This document shows positions 9,784 to 19,792 of a DNA stretch of 64,000 nucleotides, one piece after another. Within the stretch, counting starts at the first letter, position 1. The number at the start of each line of letters is the position of its first letter. This stretch comes from an uncultured Pseudomonadota bacterium (GTDB taxonomy: Bacteria > Pseudomonadota > Alphaproteobacteria > JACZXZ01): the NCBI GenBank assembly GCA_963749075.1, contig CAVVLJ010000014.1:1-64000 (forward strand), written 5' to 3'. The notes below the pieces were generated by a model. That model was not told the DNA's origin, made no database searches, and saw only the letters and a program-made list of their open reading frames with translations. The position numbers and the translations under genes were made by a program.

Positions 9784-10992
9784 ATGGTGAAACGCGCGGA
9801 TGCGTTCCTCAAGAGGCTCTTCACCGTCGATCCGGCAGCATTGGCGCCGGCGGCGGAACGCGATCTGCGGCTCGATTTCTTCCGCGGCCTGGCGCTGTGG
9901 TTCATCTTCCTCGACCACATCCCGTCCAATCTGGTGAACTGGATCACGGTGCGCAACTACGGCTTCAGCGACGCGGCCGAGATCTTCATCTTCATCTCGG
10001 GCTACTCCGCGTCGATCGCCTACGGCGGCACCATGCGGCGCTCCGGCTTCCCGCTCGCCACGGCGCGCATCCTCAGGCGCTGCTGGCAGCTTTATGTCGC
10101 CCATATCTTCCTCTTCGTCATCTTCACGGCGCAGATCGCTTACGTGGCGGCGCGCTTCAACAATCCGATGTTCGCGGAGGAGATGCAGATCGTCGATTTC
10201 CTCAACGACCCGCCGGCGACGCTCGTGCAGGCGCTCCTCCTGAAGTTCCGCCCGGCCAACCTCGACATCCTGCCGCTCTACATCGTGCTGCTGCTCGCCT
10301 TTCCGCTCGTCCTCTGGGCGCTCGAGCGCCGGCCGCTCGCGGTCCTTGGCGCCTCCGCCCTGCTCTATGCCGTCGTCCAGGCGACGCACATCAACCTGCC
10401 GGGCTATCCGCCGGGCGAGGGCTGGTTCTTCAATCCGCTGGCCTGGCAGCTCCTCTTCATCGCGGGCGCCCTGCTCGGCAGGCTGCACGGCAGCGCCAAG
10501 CCCGTGCTGCCGCGCAACCGCGTGCTCCTCGGGCTGGCGCTCGCCTATCTCGTCTTTGCCTTTTTCGTGGCGATGAGCTGGCAGGTTCCGCTGCTCGGCG
10601 GCATCGTTCCGCAATGGCTCGGCGACGTCATCTACCCCATCAGCAAGACCGACCTCGACCCGCTGCGCCTCATTCATTTCGCGGCACTTGCCTATGTGAC
10701 GATATGGTTCGTGGGACCGCATACGGAGTTCCTCGGCTGGCCCGTCAGCCGGCCCCTCGTCCGCTGCGGCCAGCAGTCGCTCTACGTCTTTTGCGCCGGC
10801 ATCGTGCTGTCCTTTACCGGGCACTTCTTCCTCATCGAGGTGAACGACAGCTTTGCGGCGCAGCTCGCGGTCTCGATTGCCGGCATCGCCTTGATGGTCA
10901 CGCTCGCCTATGGGCTCGGCTGGTATCGCCGGGCGGAACGGGCGGCGCTCGCCCAGCGCCAGGGGAGTGCTCGGACAGCGCCGCATGCGTGA
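9784..10992 (+). CDS. opgC: OpgC-family membrane protein (periplasmic glucan acylation)
   Basis: RDLRLDFFRGLALWFIFLDHIP, GFSDAAEIFIFISGY, DILPLYI, WFFNPLAWQLLF. Confidence 0.9.
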   Translation: MVKRADAFLKRLFTVDPAALAPAAERDLRLDFFRGLALWFIFLDHIPSNLVNWITVRNYGFSDAAEIFIFISGYSASIAYGGTMRRSGFPLATARILRRCWQLYVAHIFLFVIFTAQIAYVAARFNNPMFAEEMQIVDFLNDPPATLVQALLLKFRPANLDILPLYIVLLLAFPLVLWALERRPLAVLGASALLYAVVQATHINLPGYPPGEGWFFNPLAWQLLFIAGALLGRLHGSAKPVLPRNRVLLGLALAYLVFAFFVAMSWQVPLLGGIVPQWLGDVIYPISKTDLDPLRLIHFAALAYVTIWFVGPHTEFLGWPVSRPLVRCGQQSLYVFCAGIVLSFTGHFFLIEVNDSFAAQLAVSIAGIALMVTLAYGLGWYRRAERAALAQRQGSARTAPHA

Positions 10993-11007
10993 AGGGGGGA
11001 ACGCAGA

Positions 11008-11829
11008 ATGACGACGGATGGACGAAGTAGGAGAGGATTTGCACCACCTGCGGGCGGCGTGCTTCTGCCGCCGTTTCTTTCGCTGCTGTTTCTTTTGCCG
11101 GCCGCGGGCACGGCCACGGCACAGCAGTTCGATGCCGCGGCGATCTGCGAGGTGCCGGAGGAGATGGGCACGACGGAGCTTCCGCTGCCGCACGTGGCGG
11201 CAAAGCTCAACGCGGGCGAGGTGGTGCGCATCGTGGTGATCGGCTCCGGCTCGTCGGCGGGCATGGGGGCCTCCTCGGCGGCAAAGGCCTATCCCGAGCG
11301 GCTCGCCGGCGAGCTCGCGAAAATCTATCCCGCGGGCAAGTTCGCGGTGCTCAACTTGTCGAAGCGCGGCCAGCTCGCGAGCGAGATGAAGCGGCACTTC
11401 GCGGCCGACGTGGCCGCCGATCATCCGGCGCTGGTGATCTGGCAGACGGGCACCGTCGATGCGGTGAGAGCCGTCGATCTCGGCAGTTTCGGCGAGGAGC
11501 TGGGCGACGGCATCGACGAGCTGCGCAAGCTCGGCGCGGACGTGATCCTCATGAACATGCAGTACAGCCCGCACACCACGACGGCGCTCGACACCACGCC
11601 CTACCGGGACTACATGCGCTGGGCGATGCAGAGCCGCAGCGCCATCCTCTTCCACCGCTATTCCATGATGAAATACTGGGTCGAGGAGGGCGTCCTCGAT
11701 TTCTCGAGCACGAGCAAGGCCGAGCAGGCGAAGAACGACGACCTGGCGCACGACTGCATCGCCTACCGCCTGGCGAAGGAGATCGAGAGCGGCGTCAAGG
11801 CGAGCAACGAGGAGGGCGAGAAGCAGTGA
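11008..11829 (+). CDS. SGNH/GDSL hydrolase-family periplasmic protein
   Basis: Signal peptide; RIVVIGSGSS block I; LVIWQTGTVDA; typical neighbour of opgC. Confidence 0.8.
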   Translation: MTTDGRSRRGFAPPAGGVLLPPFLSLLFLLPAAGTATAQQFDAAAICEVPEEMGTTELPLPHVAAKLNAGEVVRIVVIGSGSSAGMGASSAAKAYPERLAGELAKIYPAGKFAVLNLSKRGQLASEMKRHFAADVAADHPALVIWQTGTVDAVRAVDLGSFGEELGDGIDELRKLGADVILMNMQYSPHTTTALDTTPYRDYMRWAMQSRSAILFHRYSMMKYWVEEGVLDFSSTSKAEQAKNDDLAHDCIAYRLAKEIESGVKASNEEGEKQ

Positions 11830-11949
11830 GGGGACAGCCGAGCGCTGCCGGATGCGCATTGCCGAAGTGACATTTTGGCGCTGGCTGGCGCGCTTTGGCG
11901 CCACTATGCTCTCGCCCGTCTTAGAAGAGCGAACACGGGAGGAAGACCC

Positions 11950-13692
11950 ATGGCTCTACGCAAGGCGCGGCCGAACGGCGGCTTCGACAAGTCCAAGCTG
12001 CCGAGCCGGCATGTCTCGGTCGGCGATACCAGCGCGCCTCATCGCGCCTTCTATTACGCGATGGGCATGAGCGAGGCGGACATCGGCTGCCCGCTGGTCG
12101 GCGTGGTGACGACGTGGAACGAGGCGGCACCCTGCAACATAGCCCTCGGGCGCCAGGCCCAGGTGGCCAAGCAGGGAGTGAAGGCCGGCGGCGGCACCCC
12201 GCGGGAGTTCACCACCATCACGGTGACCGACGGCATCGCCATGGGCCACGCCGGGATGAAGTCGTCTCTCGTCAGCCGCGAGGTGATCGCGAACTCGGTC
12301 GAGCTCACGGTGCGCGGCCATTGCTACGACGGCGTGGTGGGCATCGCAGGCTGCGACAAGTCGCTCCCCGGCATCATGATGGCGATGCTGCGGCTCAACG
12401 TGCCCGCGGTCTTCCTCTACGGCGGGCCGATCCTGCCGGGCAAGTTCCAGGGACGCGACGTGACCATCGTCGACGTCTTCGAGGGGGTCGGCGCGCGCGC
12501 GGCCGGCCGGATGACGGCCGCCGAGCTGCACGAGCTCGAGTGCGCCGCCTGTCCCTCGGCGGGCTCCTGCGGCGGGCAGTTCACCGCCAACACCATGGCC
12601 TGCGTCTCCGAGGCGATCGGCTTGGCGCTGCCCGGCTCGGCCATGCCGCCGGCCTCCTACGAGAGCCGCGATGCCTACGCCGAGGCCGCCGGGCGTGCGG
12701 TCATGGAGCTCATCAAGCGCCAGCTCCGCCCGCGCGACATCGTGACGCTGAAGGCGCTCGAGAACGCGGCGACCGTGGTCGCGGCGTCGGGCGGCTCGAC
12801 CAACGCCGGCCTTCATCTGCCGGCCATCGCGCACGAGGCGGGCATCTCCTTCACCCTCGACGACGTGGTCAAGGTGTTCCGGCGCACGCCCTATATCGCC
12901 GATCTCAAGCCGGCCGGGAAATACGTCGCCAAGGACCTCTACGAGGTGGGCGGCGTGCCCGTGCTGATGAAGGCGCTCCTCGACGGCGGCTATCTGCATG
13001 GCGACTGCGTGACCGTCACCGGGAAGACGATCGCCGAGAACCTCGCCGGCACAGTGCTGCCGAAGAACCAGGACGTGGTCCATTCGACGCGGCGGCCGCT
13101 GAGCAAGACGGGCGGCGTCGTCGGCCTCAAGGGCAACCTGGCGCCCGAGGGGGCGATCGTCAAGATCGCCGGCCTCAAGCGCCTCCAGTTCGCGGGCCTG
13201 GCGCGCTGCTTCGACTGCGAGGAGGACGCGCTCAAGGCGGTGCTCGCGCGCAAGATCAAGCCGGGCGAGGTGGTGGTGATCCGCTACGAGGGGCCGAAGG
13301 GCGGGCCGGGCATGCGCGAGATGCTCTCGACCACGAGCGCCATCTACGGCCTGGGCCTGGGCGAGGTCGTGGGCCTCATCACGGACGGGCGCTTCTCGGG
13401 AGGCACGCACGGCTTCTGCGTCGGCCATATCGGGCCCGAGGCGGCGGTGGGCGGACCGATCGCACTGCTCAAGGACGGCGACCGCATCGAGCTGGACGCG
13501 GCCAAGGGCAGGCTCGACGTGGTGCTCTCAGAGGGAGAGCTCGAGAAGCGGCGCAAGGCCTGGAAGCCGCGCCGCCACGATTTCCAGTCCGGCACGCTGT
13601 GGAAGTACGCCCAGACCGTGGGCCCCGCCTATGCGGGCGCGGTGACCCATCCCGGCGCCGGTGCCGAGACCCATTGCTACGCGGATATTTAG
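11950..13692 (+). CDS. ilvD: Dihydroxy-acid dehydratase
   Basis: [52 protein letters not shown]. Confidence 0.97.
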   Translation: MALRKARPNGGFDKSKLPSRHVSVGDTSAPHRAFYYAMGMSEADIGCPLVGVVTTWNEAAPCNIALGRQAQVAKQGVKAGGGTPREFTTITVTDGIAMGHAGMKSSLVSREVIANSVELTVRGHCYDGVVGIAGCDKSLPGIMMAMLRLNVPAVFLYGGPILPGKFQGRDVTIVDVFEGVGARAAGRMTAAELHELECAACPSAGSCGGQFTANTMACVSEAIGLALPGSAMPPASYESRDAYAEAAGRAVMELIKRQLRPRDIVTLKALENAATVVAASGGSTNAGLHLPAIAHEAGISFTLDDVVKVFRRTPYIADLKPAGKYVAKDLYEVGGVPVLMKALLDGGYLHGDCVTVTGKTIAENLAGTVLPKNQDVVHSTRRPLSKTGGVVGLKGNLAPEGAIVKIAGLKRLQFAGLARCFDCEEDALKAVLARKIKPGEVVVIRYEGPKGGPGMREMLSTTSAIYGLGLGEVVGLITDGRFSGGTHGFCVGHIGPEAAVGGPIALLKDGDRIELDAAKGRLDVVLSEGELEKRRKAWKPRRHDFQSGTLWKYAQTVGPAYAGAVTHPGAGAETHCYADI

Positions 13693-13717
13693 CGCCGGGA
13701 TTCATTGGTGCGTGGTC

Positions 13718-13819
13718 CACCCCCCTCCCTAACCCTCCCCCTCAAGGGGGGAGGGAAAGTGCATGGCAAGGCAACAATATTCCCCCTCCCCCTTGAGGGG
13801 GGAGGGTGGGGAGGGGGTG
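13718..13819. repeat. Palindromic intergenic repeat (C-rich/G-rich REP-like element), copy 1
   Basis: CACCCCCCTCCCTAACCCTCCCCCTCAAGGGGGGAGGG...CCCCCTCCCCCTTGAGGGGGGAGGGTGGGGAGGGGGTG; near-identical arms at 59147-59248. Confidence 0.9.
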
Positions 13820-13861
13820 ACTCGCGCGTGAAGGATAGTGCGTATTAGAGCGAATGCCGCC

Positions 13862-14623
13862 ATGGCGCAGGGAAAGCGCATCCTCTTGCTCGCTGGCACC
13901 ACGGAGGCCTCGCTGCTCGCGCGCGCGCTTGCGGCGCGCCAGGATCGCTACGAGGTCGTGATCTCCTTTGCCGGGCGCACGGCTTTTCCCGACCGGCTGC
14001 CTGGCCGCGTGCGCAGCGGCGGCTTCGGCGGCGTATCGGGTCTCGTGACCTATCTGCGCGACGAGCGCATCGCTGCCCTCGTCGACGCCACCCATCCCTT
14101 TGCCGCGCGCATGCCGTGGCATGCCGCCGAGGCCTGCCGCGAGGCGGGCGTGCAGCACCTCCGCCTCGAGCGCCCGCCGTGGCAGGAGGAGGCGGGCGAC
14201 CGCTGGCATCGCGTTCCCGATGTGGCGGCGGCGGCCGATGCGCTTCACGAGGCGCGCCGCATTTTTCTCACCATCGGCCGCCAGGAGCTGGCGCCCTTCG
14301 CCCGTCACGGGGACAAGTGGTTCCTCGTGCGCTCGATCGAGCCGCCACGCCCGATGCCGCTGCCTGACGCCGAGCTCCTCCTCGCGCGCGGACCATTCAA
14401 CCTCGAGGACGAAGTGCGCCTCATGGCCGCCCACCGCATCGACACGCTCGTCAGCAAGAACAGCGGCGGCAGTGCTGCCGCGGCCAAGCTTGCCGCGGCG
14501 CGCCGGCTCGGCCTCAGCGTCGTCATGGTCGAGCGCGCGGCAAAGCCGCCGGGGCCGCGGGCCGAGACGGTCGCCGAGGCGCTCAAGTGGCTTGAAGGCG
14601 TGCTCGGCGCTCAACCCTCGTAG
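13862..14623 (+). CDS. cobK: Precorrin-6A/cobalt-precorrin-6A reductase
   Basis: ILLLAGTTEA, VRSGGFGG, VDATHPFA, LLARGPF, VSKNSGG. Confidence 0.95.
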   Translation: MAQGKRILLLAGTTEASLLARALAARQDRYEVVISFAGRTAFPDRLPGRVRSGGFGGVSGLVTYLRDERIAALVDATHPFAARMPWHAAEACREAGVQHLRLERPPWQEEAGDRWHRVPDVAAAADALHEARRIFLTIGRQELAPFARHGDKWFLVRSIEPPRPMPLPDAELLLARGPFNLEDEVRLMAAHRIDTLVSKNSGGSAAAAKLAAARRLGLSVVMVERAAKPPGPRAETVAEALKWLEGVLGAQPS

Positions 14624-16311
14624 CGGCGCGGCGTATAGACCCATTGGCCGCCCGCAAGACGGGGGAAGCGGCGCGTCTTCGAGGAGCCGACGATGACGAG
14701 GGTGCGCATGTCGACGGCCGCCGCGTCGAATCCCGCGAGCGTGGCACACTCGACCGTCTCGCCGGCCCGACCCACCTCGCGCGCGAGGATCGTCGGCGTC
14801 TCGGGCCTGCGGTGGCGCAGGAGGATCTCGCGCGCGCGCTCCAATTGCCAGGGCCTCGCGCGCGACGCCGGATTGTAGAGTGCGATCACCAGGTCCGCCG
14901 CCGCCGCGTGTTCGAGGCGCGTCTCGATCGTCTGCCACGGCTTCAAGACATCGGAGAGGGAGAGGATGCAGAAGTCATGGCCGAGCGGTGCGCCGATCCG
15001 GGCCGCCGCGGCCTGGGCCGCGCTGATGCCGGGGATGATGCGCAGTTCGACGGCATGCCAGCGCGCGTTGCCGTGGCGCTCGAGCGCCTCCATGATCGCC
15101 GCCGCCATGGCGAAGACGCCGGGATCGCCGGAGGAGACCACCGCAACCGAGCGCCCTTCGCTCGCGAGCTCGAAGGCGAGGCGTGCGCGCTCCTCCTCCT
15201 CGCGATTGTCGAAGGCGTGGCGGCGTTGCGATGGCAGCTGCGGGCCGGCCATGTCGAGATAGGGGCCGTAGCCCACGAGGTCGCTCGCGAGCTCGAGCTC
15301 AGCCTTGGCCTCGGGCGTCAGCCAGGCTTTGCCGCCGGGCCCGAGGCCGACGACGCTGAGCCGCCCGCGGCTGCGCCCGATGGCTGCGGCGTCGAGGGGA
15401 GCCTCGGCAAGGGCGAGCGCCACGCTTTCGGCGCTCCAAGCGAGCCGCGCCGAACTCCCCGCCGCCGCCCGCGCCGCCTCCGCGGCACTCGCCGCAGACG
15501 GCAGCGAGAGGAAGCGCAGCGGCAATGCCAGCTCCGCTGCGGCTTGGTGGATGGCGCCGTCCGCGATGGCGGCCTCGGGCGCAAAGAGGCCGGCCAGCGC
15601 CTCGGGCGCCAGAGGGGCGGCGGCAAGCGCCTCCCTCACGCGCGCGGCTAGATCGGACGTGCCGCCTACGACGCCGGCTGCCACTGAACGCGGATGATAG
15701 ACGAGCTGGTCGGGCTCGGGCTCGACGCGCGCGGCGGTGACGCGGATCGACAAGGCGGCCAAAGGCGAGAAGGGGAGCCGCGTCGCCTCGAGCCAGGGTG
15801 CAGCACCCTCGAGGCGGACGGCGGCTCCGGCCAGGAGGTCGGACATGAATTTCTTCGCCGCCGCGGGATTCTTGAGGACGTAGCCGGGCGGCGGGTCCTC
15901 GAGGGCGACCGCGAAGCGCACTTCGCCGCTCGTGGTGATGGCGGCAGACGTGCCGAGCGCTTTCGCGATCTTGCGCGCAAGCGCATTCACGCCGCTGAGC
16001 CCGCCGAGGAGAGGCACCACGGCGCTGCCGTCCTCGGCGAGCGCCAAGACCGGCGGCTCCTCGCGCTTCTTGGCAAGCAGCGGCGCCAGCGCGCGGATGA
16101 CGATGCCGGCCGCACAGAAGGCGATGATCGGCCGCGACGCGCCGAAGAGCTCGCGGATGCGCTCGCCGAACTCGGCGAAGCTCTCGTCGCTGCCGCTGGT
16201 GCGCGCGGCTAGGCCGTGAATGGCGGCACCCGGCAAGGCGCGCTTGACGCGCTCCGCCGCGGCCATGCTGCCCTGGCTCAGGATGAGGATTGCGGGCGTC
16301 AGCACCTTCAC
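14611..16311 (-). CDS. cobJ: CbiG-like N-terminal domain fused to precorrin-3B C17-methyltransferase
   Basis: N-terminal AAGIVIRALAP...EPPVLALAEDG..VVPLLGG; C-terminal VVGLGPG, VSSGDPGVFAMA, GAPLGHDF, LSLSDVLKPW, YTPRRY. Confidence 0.93.
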   Translation of the reverse strand: MKVLTPAILILSQGSMAAAERVKRALPGAAIHGLAARTSGSDESFAEFGERIRELFGASRPIIAFCAAGIVIRALAPLLAKKREEPPVLALAEDGSAVVPLLGGLSGVNALARKIAKALGTSAAITTSGEVRFAVALEDPPPGYVLKNPAAAKKFMSDLLAGAAVRLEGAAPWLEATRLPFSPLAALSIRVTAARVEPEPDQLVYHPRSVAAGVVGGTSDLAARVREALAAAPLAPEALAGLFAPEAAIADGAIHQAAAELALPLRFLSLPSAASAAEAARAAAGSSARLAWSAESVALALAEAPLDAAAIGRSRGRLSVVGLGPGGKAWLTPEAKAELELASDLVGYGPYLDMAGPQLPSQRRHAFDNREEEERARLAFELASEGRSVAVVSSGDPGVFAMAAAIMEALERHGNARWHAVELRIIPGISAAQAAAARIGAPLGHDFCILSLSDVLKPWQTIETRLEHAAAADLVIALYNPASRARPWQLERAREILLRHRRPETPTILAREVGRAGETVECATLAGFDAAAVDMRTLVIVGSSKTRRFPRLAGGQWVYTPRRYEG

Positions 16312-16934
16312 TCGCGCTCCGAGGCCAGCGCATTGACCGCGGCGGTCGCCATGGCGCTGCCGCCGCGGCGGCCGAGAAGCGTCACGAAGGGCACGCCGTG
16401 GCTGTCGTCCCTCAAGGCCTGCTTCGCTTCCGCCGCACCGACGAAGCCGACGGGAAAGCCGAGGATGAGCGCCGGCCGCGCAATACCTTCGTCGAGCATC
16501 TCGAGGAGGCGGAAGAGCGCCGTCGGCGCATTGCCGATGGCGACCACGGCACCGGAGAGCATGGGCCGCCAGAGCTCGAGTGCCGCTGCCGTCCGCGTGG
16601 TGGCGAGCGAGCGCGCAAGCTGCGGCACGCTCTCATCGTCGAGCGTGCAGGCGACAGGGTTACCGGCCGCGAGCCGGCTCCGCGTGATGCCCTCGGCCAC
16701 CATGCGGGAGTCGCAGAGGATCGCAGCTCCCGCCGCGAGCGCCTTGCGGCCGGCGGCACCTGCGCCCGGCGAGAAGGCGAGGTCGCCCGCGATGTCCGTC
16801 ATGCCGCAGGAATGGATGACCCGCACGGCGAGCTTCTCGAGATCGGGCGGAATGCGAGAGAGGTCGGCCTCGGCGCGGATGATCGCGAAGGAGCGCCGGT
16901 AAATCTCCTCGCCGTCGCGGACGTAAGGCGTCAT
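16308..16934 (-). CDS. cobH: Precorrin-8X methylmutase
   Basis: IYRRSFAIIRAEADL, IGNAPTAL, PVGFVGAAEAK, GRRGGSAMA. Confidence 0.96.
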   Translation of the reverse strand: MTPYVRDGEEIYRRSFAIIRAEADLSRIPPDLEKLAVRVIHSCGMTDIAGDLAFSPGAGAAGRKALAAGAAILCDSRMVAEGITRSRLAAGNPVACTLDDESVPQLARSLATTRTAAALELWRPMLSGAVVAIGNAPTALFRLLEMLDEGIARPALILGFPVGFVGAAEAKQALRDDSHGVPFVTLLGRRGGSAMATAAVNALASERE

Positions 16935-16939
16935 GCGCG

Positions 16940-18343
16940 TCACGTCCCCCGCTGCGTCTCCGGGAATGCCCGTTGACCCGCGAGCTCGGCCACCAGCGTT
17001 TGTGCCTCTGCGAGCGGCACCGCTGCTGCGACGCGCCGGCCGAAGCGGCTGCCGGCAGCTCCGTTCCGGCGATAGACGTCATAACTCCGCTCGGCGACGG
17101 CGACCAGCGTTACGTCCGCGGTCCCCGCCACGGCGCAGGATTTGGCGCAGCCGGAAAGATGGATGGAGGGCCCGCTCTCTCCCGCCGAAGCGAGGCCATC
17201 GGCCAGCCACGCCGCATCCTCCTTCGTATGCGAGGCGGCCGAGGCGCAGCCGGCACTTCCCGCGCAGGCCGCCATTCGTGCCAACGGATGGCCGGGCCGC
17301 AAGACGAGGCCGGCCGCCTCGAGTGCCGCGGCTGCGGCCGGGGCGTCCTCGGAGCGGACGCCGGGCAAGATCACGCTGCGCCAGGGGGTGAGGCGGATCG
17401 TGCCGCGGCCGAAGGCCGCCGCGAGCCCGGCCAGGCGGCGAAGCGCCGCCGCCGTCATCCTCCCGAGCGGCGGCACGGCACCTATGTAGGAGAGGCCGGC
17501 CTCTTTCTCTCGCTGGATGCCGAGGTGGCCGAGCTCCGCAAGTGCCGCGCGCGGCCGCAGCCGGCTGCCGGGCAGCCACCGCCAGCTTCCGCCGCCTTCC
17601 ATGCCAAGGAGATGCCAGAGCTCCTCCTCGCTCATCCGCTCGCGCAAGTGGCGCATCCGCGCGATGGCTTCGCCGCCTCGCGCGGCCGCGCAGAATGCAT
17701 GCAGCAAGGCGGCAACGGCCGCGGCACAGTCTTCCGGATGGAGCAGCGGCACGGGCTCCGAGGCGCCGGCGCCGAGGGCGAGGGCCGAGGCCAGCCCGAC
17801 CCGGAACATGGTGCCGATGCCGTCGACCTCGACCGCGGCGAGCCAGATGTCGTGGGGATGGTCCGTGACCGCGACGGCGCCGCCGCCGTCGAGCAGCACA
17901 GCGAACTTGGGCGAGAGTTGCGAGACCGCCGGATCGGCCGAGAGCCGCTCGGTGAGCGCCCGAGCCAGCGGCCGGATATTGGTGATCTCGGATGCATCGA
18001 TGCCGGCCGTGGGACTCACCAAGACGTTGCGCCGGTCGTCGGCCGCAGCACCGTGCGGGCCGAGCCCGGCGTCGAGAAGGCCGGCGATGAGCCGCGCTTC
18101 CTCGGCGGGTGCGATGCCGCGAAGCTGCAGATTGGCGCGGTTGGTGAGCTCCACGGTGCCGTTGCCGTGGCGCTCCGAGAGGACAGCGACCCTCAGCGCT
18201 GCCGCGGACGAGAGCGCCCCGAGCTCCACGCGGATGCGGCAGAGACCGCCGTCCCTGGCGGGCACGATGCGGAAGAGCCCCGGGCAAGGGGAGGGGGGAA
18301 GCGCCCGCCGGATGGCGGCTATGTGGTGATCGGCCTCGGCCAC
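16940..18343 (-). CDS. cobG: Precorrin-3B synthase
   Basis: CPGLFRIVPARDGGLCRIR, ELTNRANLQLRG, ACAGSAGC, HLSGCAKSCA (Fe-S ligands). GTG start inferred. Confidence 0.9.
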   Translation of the reverse strand: MAEADHHIAAIRRALPPSPCPGLFRIVPARDGGLCRIRVELGALSSAAALRVAVLSERHGNGTVELTNRANLQLRGIAPAEEARLIAGLLDAGLGPHGAAADDRRNVLVSPTAGIDASEITNIRPLARALTERLSADPAVSQLSPKFAVLLDGGGAVAVTDHPHDIWLAAVEVDGIGTMFRVGLASALALGAGASEPVPLLHPEDCAAAVAALLHAFCAAARGGEAIARMRHLRERMSEEELWHLLGMEGGGSWRWLPGSRLRPRAALAELGHLGIQREKEAGLSYIGAVPPLGRMTAAALRRLAGLAAAFGRGTIRLTPWRSVILPGVRSEDAPAAAAALEAAGLVLRPGHPLARMAACAGSAGCASAASHTKEDAAWLADGLASAGESGPSIHLSGCAKSCAVAGTADVTLVAVAERSYDVYRRNGAAGSRFGRRVAAAVPLAEAQTLVAELAGQRAFPETQRGT

Positions 18344-18519
18344 GGCCTTCCCGGATCGCTTCGGCGCCAGCGGCAAAAGCGCGCCGCAGCACCCCTCATA
18401 CAATAAGGATATTGTGCGGGAAAGGCCATTGTCCCCGCGGGTAAGCAGCGCCCGAAAATCGAGATTGCATCGGCGGCTCCGGGCCTTTTGACTAAGCCGC
18501 GGCTGATGGAGAACGCGCC

Positions 18520-19743
18520 ATGGCAGAAAGCGGCGGACCCTGGCTGACGGTCGTCGGCATCGGAGAGGACGGGCTCGCTGGCCTCGGCAGCGCCGCCCGC
18601 CGGGCGGTCGAGGAGGCGCGCGTGCTGGTGGGCGGCGCGCGGCATCTCGCGATGGTGCCGCCGCACGGGGAGGAGCGGCTCGCCTGGCCGAGCCCGCTCG
18701 CCGCGGCATTGCCGTCACTGCTTAAGATGCGCGGCACGGCGGTGTGCGTGCTGGCGAGCGGCGATCCCATGATGTACGGCATCGGCGCCACCTTGGCACG
18801 GCTGGTGGCGGCCGAGGAGATGGCGGTCCATCCGGCCCCGTCGGCCTTCTCGCTTGCCGCCGCGCGCCTGGGCTGGCCCTTGGCCGAGACGGTCCCGCTC
18901 AGCGTGCACGGGCGGGCGCTTGCGCTGGTGCAGCCGCACATCCACCCGGGGGCAAGGCTCCTCGTGCTCGGCGAGGACGGCAGCACGCCCGCGGCCTTGG
19001 CCAACCTCCTCGTCCGCCGCGGCTTCGGTGCGAGCCGGCTCCACGTGCTGGAGCATATGGGGGGCGCCGCCGAGAGGCGGCTCTCGGGCATCGCCCAGTC
19101 CTGGTCCCACGATGAGGCGGCCACCCTCAACGTGGTCGCCGTGGAGTGCGTTGCCGGGAGCGGGGCAGAGCGCCTCTCCACCCTCGCTGGCCTGCCCGAC
19201 TCCGCCTACCGCCACGACGGGCAGCTCACCAAGCGCGACGTGCGCGCGGCGACGCTCGCCCGCCTTGCCCCCTCGGCGGGCGAGCTCCTGTGGGACGTGG
19301 GTGCGGGCTGCGGCTCGATCGGCATCGAATGGATGCGCTGCCATCCCCTCTGCCGCGCCATCGCCATCGAGTCCGACGCGCGCCGCCAGGAGCTGATCGC
19401 GGAGAACAAGGACGCCCTCGGCGTGCCGGGCCTCGCGATCGTGGCCGGCCATGCCCCGGAAGCCCTGGCCGGCCTCGAGCCGCCTGCCGCGGTCTTCGTC
19501 GGCGGCGGCCTCGGCGTGCCGGGGCTGCTCGAGGCCTGCTGGCAGGCCCTGCCGCCGGGCGGCAGGCTCGCCGCCAACGCCGTGACCATGCAAAGCGAGG
19601 CGGTGCTCCTCGAGTGGAAGGGGCGCACGGGCGGCGAACTCGCCCGCATCGCCGTGGCGCATGCCGAGCCTCTCGGCCGCTTCGATACCTGGCGCAGCAT
19701 GCTGCCGGTGACCGTTCTTTCCGCCGTGAAACCGCTCTTGTGA
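18520..19743 (+). CDS. cobL: Precorrin-6Y C5,15-methyltransferase (CbiE/CbiT)
   Basis: [51 protein letters not shown]. Confidence 0.95.
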   Translation: MAESGGPWLTVVGIGEDGLAGLGSAARRAVEEARVLVGGARHLAMVPPHGEERLAWPSPLAAALPSLLKMRGTAVCVLASGDPMMYGIGATLARLVAAEEMAVHPAPSAFSLAAARLGWPLAETVPLSVHGRALALVQPHIHPGARLLVLGEDGSTPAALANLLVRRGFGASRLHVLEHMGGAAERRLSGIAQSWSHDEAATLNVVAVECVAGSGAERLSTLAGLPDSAYRHDGQLTKRDVRAATLARLAPSAGELLWDVGAGCGSIGIEWMRCHPLCRAIAIESDARRQELIAENKDALGVPGLAIVAGHAPEALAGLEPPAAVFVGGGLGVPGLLEACWQALPPGGRLAANAVTMQSEAVLLEWKGRTGGELARIAVAHAEPLGRFDTWRSMLPVTVLSAVKPLL

Positions 19744-19792
19744 GCGAGACGGCTTGCCGTCTAAGACATGAGCGGAACAAGAGGAGGGGAGA

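Noticed and set aside
9784-11829. opgC + SGNH hydrolase as a novel system
   Set aside because: This pairing is familiar in alphaproteobacteria.
18344-18519. Cobalamin riboswitch between cobG and cobL
   Set aside because: Only fragments (GGGAA, CCCCGC) are present; the B12 box and GCCACTG elements are not found on either strand.
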